Shown here: piece after piece, positions 27,266 through 41,759 of the stretch
Layout of the letters: every line of letters starts with the position of its first letter
Position numbering within the stretch: position 1 is the first letter of the stretch
The notes under the pieces: generated by a model
Databases searched by the model: none
Seen by the model: the letters and a program-made list of their open reading frames with translations, nothing else
Told to the model about the DNA's origin: nothing
Position numbers and translations under genes: made by a program
Source: the human T2T-CHM13v2.0 reference genome, Homo sapiens
NCBI RefSeq assembly: GCF_009914755.1
Contig: NC_060933.1
Strand: one strand, 5' to 3'
Length of the DNA stretch: 64,000 bases

Positions 27266-28124
27266 TTTTCTATTTTTAAAAAGCCAACATTGGCAGAGCA
27301 AATGCAGTTACCTGGAGCTGTCTAGCAAAGGTAGCCTGATAACCAGCATCCTCTGCATGTGGCATGTTCCGGGAACGTTTTCTCTAAAATAACTAAGAAA
27401 ACAAAACAACACATTCACACATGGGGGATGTCTCTAGCTGTCACGCCATGGACTTAGGGGCTGAGGCTTGGCTGATGCCCCAACCCCAGGTGGCACTGCT
27501 TGGTGCCCTCCCCAGGGAGGGTCTCCTAGCCTGGCTCACTGAGAAACCCCACCACAAATCACCCTGGATCTGCCTCAAGGAGAGAGGTTCACTGAACTGC
27601 ACTAACACACACCCCAGAGACCCAGGTGCCAGCCAGACAGACACCTTGTATTAGGTGACCTGAGGGATGGGCCATCTGGCAGCCAGACCTTCCTGTCACT
27701 GAGCCAGGGCTCTCCTCCCTGGGGACAAGTCCAGTGGGAAGGCAGAACCACAGGACAGCTTAGGAGCCGGAGCCAGGCCAGGAGAGGGGGCAGCTTCAGC
27801 CAGGTGCTCACCTCCAAACAGGGGCAGTGGGGCAGTTGGAGTTGGGGAGAGGAGACCCTCCACAGTGCTGCTGGGGATATGTTCACCTCCACATATTCTA
27901 GGCTTCCTGGCTGTGTTGAGACTGGGATACCTTTGGTCAGGTGGCTTTGTCCTCCCCCTCCATGTCAAATGTCTGCATGTCCCTCCTCTGCACCTGCTAC
28001 CACCATGTCTATCCACCCTATTCAATCCTCACTGACCCTGGAAAAGCCTACCTCCCAAGACAACACTCAAGGTCAAAGGTCAAAAAAAGCCAGACACCTG
28101 TGGAATGCAGCCTAGGTCTCTTCT

Positions 28125-28670
28125 CCCTGGAAATTCACCTGAGAGTCTGTGCCTGGAGGCGCAGGTGCACCAGGAAGTTCCACCTAGAAGTGCAGGTGCT
28201 CAAGGGGTTCTCACCAGGAAGTATGGGTGCATCAGGAAGTTCACCCGTAAATGCAGATGCAGCAGAACATCTTACCTAGAAGTGCAGGTGCATCAGGAAG
28301 TGCAGATGCCCAAGGGATTCTCACCAGGAAGTGCAGATGAACCAAGAAGTCTGCACCAGGAATTGCAGGTGCACCAGGAAGTCTGCATCTGGGAGTGCAG
28401 GTGCACCCGGAAGTCTCATGTGGAAGTGTAGGTGCACCAGAAAGTCTCATCTGGAAGTACAGGTGCACCAGGAAGTCTGCATCTGGGAGTGCAGGTGCAC
28501 CTGGAAGTCTCACCTGGGAGTACATGTGCACCAGGAAGTCTTATTTGGAAGTGTAGGTGTACCAGGAAGTCTCATCTGGAAGTGCAGGTGCTCCAGGAAG
28601 TCTCACCTGGGAGTGCAGGTGCACCAGGAAGTCTCTCATCTGGGAGTGCAGGTGCACCTGGAAATCTACA
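28125..28670. repeat. 32-bp minisatellite (GAAGTGCAGGTGCACCAGGAAGTCTCACCTGG), about 16 degenerate copies
   Basis: Period 32 read directly; copies more homogeneous toward the right end. Confidence 0.95.
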
Positions 28671-30005
28671 TGTTCCACATGAGGTGACTCCTGGGCCTGC
28701 TTTCTGATTCTGTTTCCAGCCCTGCCGACATTAATCCACCACCCCAGTGTCTCTCAGCTCTAAAGCCATGACCCCCTCACACTCCACGCTTCTAGCCTGG
28801 CCTGTGCCTCTTTGCCCCTGTGACAGGGAAGGGTGGCGGAGCAAGTGCTGCACATAGGAGTCCAGGGCTGGCTGGTCATGGCCACCTTGGGCCCAGGCCT
28901 CCTCCTCTTGTGAGGAGGCAGGCAGGCAGCCAGTGATGCCTGGGCACCCTCCTGACACTATGCCCTCCAGGGAGGACAGGAGTGCCAGGCCTGGGAGTGG
29001 AGTATGGAAGCCTCAGAAGTTGCCTGCTCCAAGAGCATGGGGGGCTGGGACAGGCTTTCTGCCCAGCCGGGAGGACCCAAGGGCCCCTTGTTTCTGAGGG
29101 CCCCTTGTTTCCGAGGGGCCCTGCACTTTCTGAGGAACTTCCTTGGATTCAACCCTCTGCCACATCTCAAATTTTCTGCCTGCTTCTGCTACATGCAGCC
29201 ATGAGGTGGGGCCCACCCAGCAGCTCCCAGCTCCATGAGAGCGAGTCCACGGCCATCTCCAAAGACCACAGTGGCCTGGCCAGGTGGATGTGACATCTTT
29301 ACTGCCCACTGCTGAGACCTTTCTGCCTCTTGTTTCCATGCTGGGGTGTTCAGGGAAGGACTGCCAGGCCCGGGGCCTTGGGGAAGAAGCTCCATTTTCA
29401 CCAGAAGCTGAGAATGAGAGGAAGGTTCAGGTAGGTGCAGAGGTGAGAACCCTGCAGGGGCTGAGCCGGCCAAGCCCAGCCAAATCCCAGCCCGGGACCA
29501 GGGGCAAACTGTTTAGCCTCGGTGCCCACAGTTATAAAGCAGCAGTGATGGCAGCTCCAGGCTCCTACGCACTTAGACAGGCACATGGTGGCCTAAGTGA
29601 GGGCAGGCCGCCTGCCCAGGGCCCCCGCTGCTGCAGCTGCATTCCTTGTTGTTGCTGTTGGCAGTGTCCTATCAGAAGCACCTGGGCACACACCACAGCA
29701 GGAAAGCCGGAAGTCTCATCTGGGACTCTCATCTGTGGCTCCCACCCTGGCAGAGCCATCTGGGCTGTTCTGAGCACAGGTTCACCCACAACCTAAGGAA
29801 CGGGAAACTCCTTACATTCGACGCCTCTTAGCTTGTTTTAAACAAGGCCCACGGCTTCCATTTTCCTACACTATGGCAGGCCATGACCTTTACTCATGCC
29901 TCCCACACAACAAAATCAAATAAAATAAATCCTGGGTAATTTGTGAACATTTCTTTAAAGTATTGATAAACTGACAAAGAAGCTTTATTCCAAGAGCTTG
30001 GGTTA

Positions 30006-30471
<466 letters not shown>

Positions 30472-30881
30472 TCAAAGGCAATGAATGCATTTGACTGTAG
30501 AGCAGACACAGCAGAGGAGAGGATGGATGAGCCTGGGGGAAGCGGAAGCCGTTCTCCATGCAGCACAGGAAGTCAGACAGAAAGCACGGAGGAGAAAATG
30601 GGAGGAGGGGAAGCCGGCAGAAAGGGTCTGGCACGCATCCATGTTGACACCCGGAAGGAGAGAGAGGAAAATACAGAGTAAAGTCTGAAAAGAGGGTGAC
30701 TGACCACAGGTCTGTCTGATTCTGTCAAGAACAATTCAGAAGGAGCTGCAAATAAAGCACTTGGGTTAATGAGTTTGGCAGGTTTGCTAGATACAAACCA
30801 AAATGCAAACATCTGTTGTATTGCCATATATGAGCAACAAAAAAAATAGAAACTATAACTTTTTAAATGATGCTGTATTAG

Positions 30882-31182
30882 GGCTGGGCATGGTGGCTCA
30901 TACCTGTAATCCCAGAACTTTGGAAGGCCAAGGCAGGCAAATCACTTGAGGTCAAAGGTTCAAGACCAGCCTGGCCAACAAAGTGAAACCCCATCTCTAC
31001 TAAAAATACAAAATTAACCAGACATGGTGGCACACGCCTGTAGTCCTAGCTACTCAGAAGCTGAGGCACAAGAATTGCTTGAACCCAGGAGGCGGAGCTT
31101 GGCAGTGAGCCAAGATCATGCCACTGCACTCCAGCCTGGGTGACACAGTGAGACCCTGTCTCAAAAAAACAAAAACAAAAAA
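30882..31182 (+). mobile_element. AluS
   Basis: Full dimer; TSD GATGCTGTATTAG / GATACTGTATTAG. Confidence 0.95.
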
Positions 31183-31187
31183 AGATA

Positions 31188-31949
<762 letters not shown>

Positions 31950-33227
31950 AGACCATTACAGTAGTACAGCTGGCAAGAAGTATCTAGGAATAAACCTAAC
32001 AAAATAGGTGCAAGATACACAGAGAAAAAATAAGAAATTTTACTGCGTGTCATGAATGAAGATCTAAATAAATGGAGAAATAAAACATACTTGTTTTCAA
32101 AAAATAAACATGTATATGGATTGGAAAACTCAATAATATTACAGAGATACCAATTTTTCCCCGAAATGATTTGTAGAGCCACTACAATGCCAATCACAAT
32201 CCTAAGTGGTGTGTGCATGTGTGTGAGTGTGCGTGCATGTGCATATGTATGTGCATGTGTGTGTGCATGGGTGCATGTATGTGCGTGTGTGTGCACATGG
32301 GTGTGTATGTGTGTGTGTGTTTGTAGACTTTAACAAGATGATTCTAAAATTTACATGGAATTGGAGCAGGCACCACTGTGAACCTATTCTGATTCTGGTG
32401 CCCAATAAAGATCTTTTTTAACTTTTTAAAAAGAGCCAGGGATAGCCAAAATATTCTTAATGAAGAATAAAAAGCGGGCAGGTTGGTCTTTCTGTTCCCT
32501 AAGATTTCCTTTAAAGCCTTAGCAAAGCAGACAATTAGGTCGGCACACAGGTAACGCATAACAGACGGAAACAGAGCAGGCCTGGCTGCTGGAGGAGAGA
32601 GGCAGATCGATGGGGACAAGACAGTCCTATTTAAAATCAGTTTGGAGAACTGATTATCCATAGAGGGAAAAATATTACTTACACTCCTGCTCTATACTGT
32701 CCACAAAGGTCAATGCTGAGAAAAATTAATTATAAATCAAAAATCAATACTAGGTGGATTAAATATGAAAGATGAACCCACAGATCCTTTGGAAAGGCAT
32801 AAAGGAGAAAATCTGACTTCAGAGTAAAGAGACATTCCTTAAGCAAGACACAAAGGACACAAGCCATAAAGCAAAAGAGGAATTAATTGGACTTCATTAA
32901 AATGTACTACTTCTGTTCATCAGACACCACATTGAAATGGAAAGATAAGACACACTGGAAGATGTCTGCAGGATGGATAATTGGCAAAGAGTCACTTAGG
33001 AAATATATAAAGAACTCTCATAACTAGTCACCAAAAAACAAAAAAATATGTAATGGACCAAAGACTTGAACAGGTGCTTCACATAAAAGAAAATCCAGTT
33101 GGCAAATACACATAAGCAAAGATGTAGAACCTCATTCCCTCCCAAGGAAATGCAAATTAAAACCACAGCAAACTAAAACCACAGCTAGTGCTACTTCACA
33201 TTCACTAGACCGTCAAAATGGTAAAAT

Positions 33228-33305
33228 CTCAGGAAGCTGGGAGAATTGCTTGAGCCCAGGAGTTCGAGGCCAACCTGGGTGACATAGCAAGACCCCATTT
33301 CTAAT
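33228..33305 (+). mobile_element. FLAM/Alu fragment
   Basis: TTGCTTGAGCCCAGGAGTTCGAGGCCAACCTGGGTGACATAGCAAGACCCC. Confidence 0.75.
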
Positions 33306-35711
33306 AAGGAAAAGAAGTTTAAAAATGTTAAATTCAGGCAAAACCAAGTGTTGACAAGGATGTGGAGCAACAGTACCTTTTATAGGTTGCTGCTGGGTAT
33401 GCACTTTAGAAAATCATTCAGCAGTATCTAGTAAAGTTGAAGCTGTCCAAACTGCTGACAAAGTAGCTCTGGCTATTTTCAGTAAATACCTGCTTGGAAA
33501 AGATGGTTCCAATGTTTACAGTGGTCACAACAGCATTTCTTTAGTGGTGCAGGCATACCATGGAATACTACACAGCCAGGAAAATGAACAGCAACAGCTA
33601 CACACATCTGCAAAGAAGAGTCATCTGAGCAATAGAAGCGAGTCATGGAAGCATTCCCAGGATGTGATCCCACCAGGTAGCATTCGAAAACAGACAAAAA
33701 CTAAACATCTGTTTAGGGGTGCCTACGTAGGTGGGAAAATTGTGACTAAAAGGCAGAAAATGATTACCCCAAAAGTCAGGTGAGTGGTCCCCAAGGGGAG
33801 AAGGAAGGAACCCAGGAAGCTTCTGGGGTTGTGGCAGTAGCGTGTCGCTCCAGGGGCTCACATTACCATTCATGTGTGCCATTCACTTCATGACAATAAA
33901 ATCATATTGTTTACAAGGATGCCCTGCTTGGCCCAGTGGTCTGGGAGGGGCTGTCTTGCCCTGTGCAGAGAGAGTGCAGGTGCAGAAGTGCAGAGGGACC
34001 AGGGGTGAGCCCAGTCCTGGGACCAGACTGCCAGGAGACCAGAAGCACGGAGGCCAGGGCCCTCCCTGAAGGCATCTAATTTGACTGAGTCATGCATGGG
34101 GCTGCACCTGTGACGGCCACAGAGGCCCTGCAGCTGTGCCTGGTAGACACCTCCCTGCTCCGGAAGGACTCCACAATCTCTGACCAGTCCCCCCATCGCA
34201 CCTCCTCTTACAGGAGCCCAGGAAAGAGCCCAGGCAGGCACCTCTTCTCCTCCAAGGCATGGCACAGCCCCGGTCACAGAAATGGGAGAAAGTCTGCTTT
34301 GACCACCCTTCAGTGTGCCCCTGTCCCCACTGACTCAGACTCCAGCTCCGCCCCCCCCAGCCCCCTTTGAGGACATATTGGTCCCCTCCCTTTACAGAAG
34401 AATCTCAGACTCGCTGGCTCTGCACCTACCCAAGCTCCACGGCAGGAAACAGGCTTTGCCTGGTGCCTGCACCCTGCCCCCTGCCCCCTGCCTGTGCCCA
34501 GCCTTGTTCTAGAACATAATGCAGGACCAGCCCTGCCCGCTGTGAGAGCCTGGAGGAGGCAGCTGGGTGGGGCAGGGGCAGGCTCTGAGGATCCCGGGGA
34601 CCATCCCCACCAGGCTGCCCAGAGGACAGGCAGAGTGACCAGCAGGCTCCTGGCACCAGAGGGACCATGGGCCTGGCAGATGGCGGTGGATGGGGACAGT
34701 AGGAGCTCCCCACGCCACAGGGTAGCAGCCTTCAGGACAGGCAGGCAGAGGGTCTCAGGTGAACCTGGAGCTGAGAGCATTCAACATGACCACAGGGGCC
34801 ATGGGGCCGCAGGACCAGGGCAGCTCCGCAGAACGCAGGGAAGATGGCTGATTCTCGAGCCCCATCTGGAGCCAGGGCTGGAGCCAGGTACCTGAGGGAC
34901 CCACGTTGGGGACACAAACAGCCTCTCCCCAGGCCTCTCTGCACCCTGTGCTCCCTGGGAGGAGCTATGGGAATGGGCTGTCTACTGTGCCTTCCAAGGC
35001 CAGCTCATTATTCCTGGTCAGTCCCTGCAGCCCATACCTGGCTCTGTCAGGCCCTAAGGGCAGTGCAGGGAGAGCTTAGAGGAAAGCCCTCAGAGAGACT
35101 GGATTCCCTTTGGTGGGGCAGAGGCTGTTCAAAATGGAAAGCCACCCCCTTCTCTTCATTTCTCAGAGCAACACATTCAGCCCCACTTAGCTCTCTTCAC
35201 AGCCGCAGTAGGACTTTGGTCTGTGTCCAGAACCCCCAAAGGCTACCCCCCCTCAATGCACACACATGTCGGGATGAGCCAGCATCTAGCAGGATGCCTG
35301 GCTGTAGCTCAGCATGGGCAGTGTTGGCAGGGGCAGGCCACAGTCCAGGCTCTGCTCCCACACACAACCACACGCACTGACCCGTGGCCCTCACCAGGAG
35401 CCTATGAGGTCAGTGCTCCTTTGTCTCCGTGGACCAATGTCATCCAGCGAGCAAATAGTAGGGGTGGGATTTCAACCCAGGCCATTGGTACCATAGCCCA
35501 CATGCTAACCACTGTGCTCATGATCGTCAGATCACTGTAGGGGGCGAGATGGCAAAGTCAAGGAAAAATGACAGAGCAGAGGGACAGGGCTAGTCTCTCC
35601 CAACACTGAGAAGTCAGAAAAGTCTGTGGGTCCAGAAGCAGCTCCCCTTTAGGTGTAGGTACTTTTTTTCTAGTGTCTGCTGCCTACTAGGTCCTTTAAT
35701 AAATATTTCCT

Positions 35712-36240
35712 AGGTAGATAGGTGAATGGGTGAATGGACAAGTAGATAAATGGATGGATGGATGGATGATGGATGGATGGAAGGATGGATGGATGATGGA
35801 TGGATGGAAGGATGGATGGATGGATGGACGGACCAACAGATGGATGGATGGATGGAGGATGGAAATGGATGGATGGATGGATGGATGGATGGATGGATGG
35901 ATGGATGGATGATTGGAGGATGGATATGGGTGGATGAATGATGAATGGATAGGTGGGTGGGTGATGGATGGATGGAAGGATGGATGGATGGATGGACGGA
36001 CAGACAGATGGATGGATGGATGGAGGATGGAAATGGATGGATGGATGGATGGATGATTGGAGGATGGAAATGGGTGGATGAATGATGAATGGAAAGGTGG
36101 GTGGGTGATGGATGGATGGATGGATGAATAAATGGGTGGGTAGGTGGGAGTGTTAAAGGACAGGTGGATTGGAGGATAGAGAGAAGGGAGAGTAAAGGGT
36201 AAATAAGTGAGTGGTTGGATGGATGGATGGGAGAATAAGT
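35712..36240. repeat. (GGAT)n tract with ~170-bp internal duplication
   Basis: GGACGGAC..ACAGATGG...GGAAATGG...GATTGGAGGATGG block occurs twice. Confidence 0.96.
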
Positions 36241-37194
36241 CGGCATGGTGCTAATGTGATATTTATTTTATGTCCTCAAAGGCTTTTTTTGCACATATGA
36301 TAGATTATTCAGAAATTGCTTTGGGTTTTAAAAAATTAAAATTTGTATGTACTGATGATACAAAATCAGAAAAGTATGTTTTTCTCCCTTAAACTATGAG
36401 CCAAATCTACAAATCTTATCATTATAAGTTTAAGAAATCTCAAAATTCTTTCTAAAAGTTATTTCATTAGCAGTAGTTCCTACTACTTAATAAAACACCT
36501 TCAAAAACTTAATTACATTAACAAACTTAATACATTAGATCTTGCCTGACAAATCTTCCCAAATTAAGTAGTTCTTTTAAATTTAAAAACATAACTTCCT
36601 AATATGATGAAACTTAGATTCTCTTAAATTTTCCAACATTTTATATAAACTTTATGATTTCAACTGATAGTCATAAGTCTAAATCAAGTAATTAAGTATA
36701 TATTTCAAATTTTAATTAAAAGGCCGAACTGTCCTTCTAATAACCCCAAATTTCTTAAACATCACAAATGCTTATAATACCAAACATGCCCAGATTCCTT
36801 CACTCAAAACTATGAATACTGGAAGTTGATACCATAAAACATTTCTGTACCTAATTCTAAATATTCCCTTGGGTTTAAACATTTCTTTTTTCACTGAGGA
36901 AACAACTAAGAGATTTGAGCAGCATTATCTAGGTAATTGGAGGTTAGAAAATACTAGCATTATCAGTCAGCGTACTGATGGTATTTTCATCTACCACACA
37001 GACGGGAGTTGCAGAAACCTATTTATGTTTTGTTACAGGGACTCCAGATCTTAGAGTTTGGTTTTGAGCCCTCGACCCCATATAGAACTTGATCCTATTC
37101 CTTTCATGCACATCTATAAACCCCACCCAGGGGGTTCAAGTGGGTTTTGCATTTATCAGACTTCTCCATGATTGGCATAGTCTTCCTGGTGAGA

Positions 37195-37331
37195 CCTGGA
37201 GTGTGGCTCCCAGACACCCAAACTTGGCTGGAGTCCTGAAGCAGGCGCAGCTAATCTGGCTGATCTACTCCTTCACACTCGTGGAGCAGATGGGGAAACA
37301 GACCAGAGGGGCAGCCCAGGAAGCAAATTTG
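37195..37331 (+). repeat. Inverted duplication 1, left arm (pairs with 38540-38679)
   Basis: Manual alignment with the reverse complement of 38540-38679, roughly 85% identical. Confidence 0.92.
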
Positions 37332-37404
37332 GATGATCCAAATCTCAAAGCTGAGTTGGAATCTGTGGACAAAGCTTCTAAAGTCATACCAGTGATGTGT
37401 GGTG

Positions 37405-38430
37405 TTTGGATGGACAGATGGATAGATGGGTGGATAGACAATGGATGATGGGTCGGTGGGTAGATGGGTAGATGGGTGGATGGATAGGTGAGTGGACCAC
37501 AGTCTGATGGGTAGATGGGTTGATAGGTGGTTGTTTGAGTAGGTGGATAGAATGGATGGATAGAAGTTTTATGAGTGTATGGCTGAATGGGGAGTAGTGG
37601 ATAAGTAGGTGAAGCAGTCAATGGGTAAGTGAGTGAATGTGTAGGAGGATCATGCATGAATGGGTGGGTGGATGTCATGGGTATATGGGTATAGGAGAGG
37701 TAGATAAGTATGTGTACAGATGGGTAAAGGGAAGGATGTGGGCGCGTTATGGGGTGGTTGGGTAGGTTGACGGATGGATGGGTGGATAAGTATTGTGTTA
37801 CATGGGAGGAAACAAGTTTAGTTAGGTTGGTGGGTAAATGGATGAGTGAGTAGTTGGATGTAGACATGGAAACTGGCTGGCTGGGTGGATGGATGATGGG
37901 TGAGTGAATGGATGGGTGGGTGATGAAAGAAAGGGAGGACGGATGGGTGGATGGATGGATGAGTGAGTGAATGAATGGATAGGTGGGTGAATGGAATAGG
38001 TGGATGGATGGATGGATGGATGGATGATGAAAGAAAGAAAGCATGAATGGATAGGTGGACGAATAGAATAGGTGGATGAATGGATGGATGGGTGGAAGGA
38101 TGGATAGATAAGTGAATAATGAATGGGTGGACGAATATGTGGATGAATGGATGGATGGGTGGATAGATGGATGATGAAAGAAAGAAAGGATGAATGGATG
38201 GGTGGATGGGAGAGTGAGTAAATAAATGAATGGGTGGATGAATGGGTAGATGGATGGATGGGTGGATGGATGAATGAATGAGTGAGAGGATGGGTGGGTG
38301 ACGAAAGAAAGGAAGGAAGAAGGGGTGGACGGGTAGGTGGATGAATGTATGATAGGATGGAAGCTGGCTGGATGTGGGGGTGGATGAGTTGAATGGACAG
38401 ATGGGTAAGAGGGTAAGTGGGTGGATGGTG
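37405..38430. repeat. Highly degenerate (GGAT/GGGT)n tract
   Basis: G/T/A low complexity; recurring GATGAAAGAAAG sub-block. Confidence 0.93.
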
Positions 38431-38539
38431 AAGGAATTAATAATGTTATTATTATAAACATTATTATTATTATATGAATAAGTTTCTGGTTTAGAAGACT
38501 AGTATCCTTCTGACAGCTCTCTCAGAGGGTCAGGCTCTA

Positions 38540-38679
38540 CAAATTTGCTTCCTGGGCTGCCCCTCTCTGGGTTGTTTCCCCATTTGCTCCATGAGTGTGA
38601 AGGAGTAGATTGGCCAGATTAGCTGCACCTGCTCCAGGGGCCCAGCCCAAGCCCGGGTGCCTGGGAGTCACACTCCAGG
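38540..38679 (-). repeat. Inverted duplication 1, right arm
   Basis: CAAATTTGCTTCCTGGGCTGCCCC...GAGTGTGAAGGAGTAGAT...CACACTCCAGG is the reverse complement of the left arm. Confidence 0.92.
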
Positions 38680-39980
38680 ACACTCGACCCCTGCCCTCTG
38701 GGGCCAGGGTCAGCAGCCTCTGGCCAGACCCCTCCTCTTAAAAAAAAGCTCAGGTAGGGAGAGAACACTGCCCTGCTGGTGGTTGCCATGGAAAATCCTT
38801 CATTGCTTGTTTTTCTCCTCAACTGATTAAGAAAAGGGAGTCATAAAATGACAGGGCGTCACTGGGCCTTGCCGCTGGCCAGCTTTGACTTATCCCCTGA
38901 CATTTCCCAGGAGCCAGCTAACCTTTTCTGTCACAAGTAGACTGAAGCGGGTCCCTTGAGGCAGTCTAGCCTGAACAGAGTCCATCTCAGGGGAGGCGAG
39001 GACCCAGGACACAGCAACAGGAGCCAGGTCATTTGAATAACCAGGAAGGAGAGCAGATGGTGCTGGGACCAGGAGCACAGCGAGGACCCTAAGGAAGCCA
39101 CCAAAAAACAGCCTTCGCAACAGTCAGGACTGCTGTCAGGACCACCAGGCAGAGCCCAGGGAGCAAACACCTGCTCTCCCTCCCTGGGGTCCCTGCTGTG
39201 TTCCCAGGCATGACACTCACCTCCCAGAGCAGCAGCCTGGCCTCTGCTCCTCTCCGGGCAGAAACGACACAGGGATGCGCCCCAGTCAGTGTGCTGGGGT
39301 CCTAGGGGCGTTGGCGACGCCGGGGCAGGTTCCACCATAGATCCTGCTGCCTCAATCCAGAGGGCTTTCAGAAGGCGCCCCTGCTATGGCATCGCAGAGG
39401 GAGGAGACCCGGGATGTGGCTCAGCAGGGCTGTGTATACACCAAGATGCCTCCGTCTGCCCTTCCAGCTGTAAATCAAGACTCAGCCATGGAGAGGGAGG
39501 AGAAAGTCCACAGGTGCTGAGCCTCCTTCCCAGCCCTGGTCTCAGCCTCAGGATAGAAGACTTTAACCCCAGAAGGCCCTCAGGAGGCCAGGCAAGCCAA
39601 CATCCTCGAACCTGTGCCACGATGGGGAGCGATGGGGCGAGGACAGAGCCTGGAGTCACAGACCAGGAAACTGGGTTGCCTCAGCTCACCCAGGGTCCCA
39701 AGGCCAGGACAGGGCAGAGCCGAGATCAAAGTCCCTGCGAGGCCGCCCTCATGAAGGGACTCAGGAGGGTTCACTGGGTGAATGGATGAGCCTGTACGGT
39801 GAATGAAGGCCGAGCCCACGGCTGGGAGCTGCCATCCCCGGCTTCCTCTGAATACAGACAGCCTGATGCGCAGGTCTCAGATCTGGGAGGGGGCCTGGGC
39901 CCCTTGACCCCATCTCTTCATTTACTGATGGGGAAACCGAGGGCCAGCCTGCCACAGTAATGCCGTGGGTGCCTGAGTCA

Positions 39981-40095
39981 TCTCCTCCTCCTCCTCCTTC
40001 TCCTCCTCCTCCTCCTCTTCCTCCCCCTTCCTCGTCTCCCCCTTTCCTCCTTCTCTTCCTCTTCCTTCCTTCCTCCCACCCATCTCCCTCTCCTG
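39981..40095. repeat. (TCC)n / CT-rich tract
   Basis: CTCCTCCTCCTCC... Confidence 0.9.
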
Positions 40096-41759
40096 AGCCC
40101 CAGCTCTGCTCTGCCACCAGGCCTTGTCCCTTTTAGGGTCCAAAAGATCAGGTCCTGCCCTGGGGCCAGTCAGCATGAAAAGGGATGACCATCTCTTCCT
40201 CCAGAGGACAGGGACTCTATGCCCCAGGCACTCCGAGGTCAAACCTGGCTCCCACTCAGACTATGAAGACAGCATCCACTGGGTCAGAGTCATGAAGCCA
40301 CGGGTCCCAGGGGACAGCTCAGGTGGCCGCAGGGCCAGACTGGCAGGCTGCCCTCTGCCTCCTGTTAGCACAAACGCCCCTCCCCTCAGGCCTGAAGTCT
40401 GACATCAGCCAGTGGGCACCAGGCCCTGTCAGGAACAGGAGGAGGCCACAGCCATCCTCAGGAGAGAACAAAGGACACACAGGCCTCCAGGGAGAGCAGT
40501 GGGTGGCAGTGACAGGAGGGGCTACTCAGGATTCATGAGCGAGGGCCAGGCAACTTGGCCACCTTGGAGGAGCCGCTGCACCTATCCAAGCCCAGGTTTC
40601 CCTGCTGAAGACAGCACCAGTGTCTCCTCCTGGGGGTGTTGAGTGGGTCATCCCAGGCCAGAGAGGTCGAAGGGCTCTGTGAGCTATGAAGTGCTGGGCA
40701 CCTGTGGGGCAGGGGCATACGTCCTGCGGTCAGGCTGCCCTGGAGGGTGGAACACCTACGCACTGTTCCAGCGGGAGGGGTATGGCGTCCAGTGAGGCCC
40801 AGCTCCCCGAGCCTTTCCTGATGGCACTGGAAGACAGGCAGCATCCCAGAAACATATAAAAGGCCCAGGGGCTGGTGCTGGGGGCACATGGCCGGGGCGA
40901 CCCTGGGCTGGGCTGTGTACCCACGGAGCACTGCAGCAGACAGAGCAGGGGTGCGAGCTCCAGGGTCCCAGGATCCATCTCCTTCCCTGCAACAAACCCC
41001 TCTCTGCTGGAAATCCCTGGAGCGGTTCCTTCATCCTGCTCTGAACTTCCTTGACTGATCCCACAGACCGGTGCACTGCACAGCTGCCTGGAGACCAGAA
41101 GATTCCATACGTCTCCCTCCACCTGCCCAACATCCACAAGCCCAGGAGGCTGCCCTCCATAATTCTGGCTTTTCTGCGTATTTTTCAAAGCACAGGGCAC
41201 TGGAAGAATGCCTGCATGAGACATTCTTGCAAGCCAGAGCCCGCTGGAGACATGCAGGAGAGCAAAACCTCCCTGCTGTGTCTGCAGATTTGCACACATT
41301 TCTGGGAAATAAACCTGCGGCCCCTCCTCTCCCCAGACGTTGGTTTATCCTCCACGGCAAAAGGATACCGTCTTTTCTGCGGCAAAGATGGGGGCGAGAT
41401 GGCTAGCAGTCCCCTTAGAAGATCAAGGGTTTCCTCGGCTGACACAAACCTGCTCTGTTTGCCCCCTGAGATGTGGCGGACAAGGCAGATGGATAAAGTG
41501 ACTGCGAGTTCCCGTGCGTCTCGGGTCACCAGTGTTTCTCCCTGGCTGTGCCCACACCTCACCTGGCCTCCCAGGCCCTGCCTCCCTGAGCTTCTCACAG
41601 CACGCTCCCTCGCCGTCTGTGTACCGCCTCTCGGGTCGCCTTCCACACCTTGAAGCAGCAGTGTGAATTCCTTCCGCGGACCCGGTGCGGGCTCCTGTGG
41701 CCCCGCTCAGCCCGTTCTCATCCTTCAGGGAGTCTCAGATTGTTTTTGTTTGTTGTTTC

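Noticed and set aside
36869-37054. YHTDGSC resembling the retroviral RNase H YTDGS motif
   Set aside because: Only a 4-residue match in a 61-aa ORF; no other pol motifs recognised. A tBLASTn or HMM search would settle it.
40855-40862. TATAAAAG as a definite promoter
   Set aside because: A single 8-mer is expected by chance in 64 kb; kept only as supporting context.
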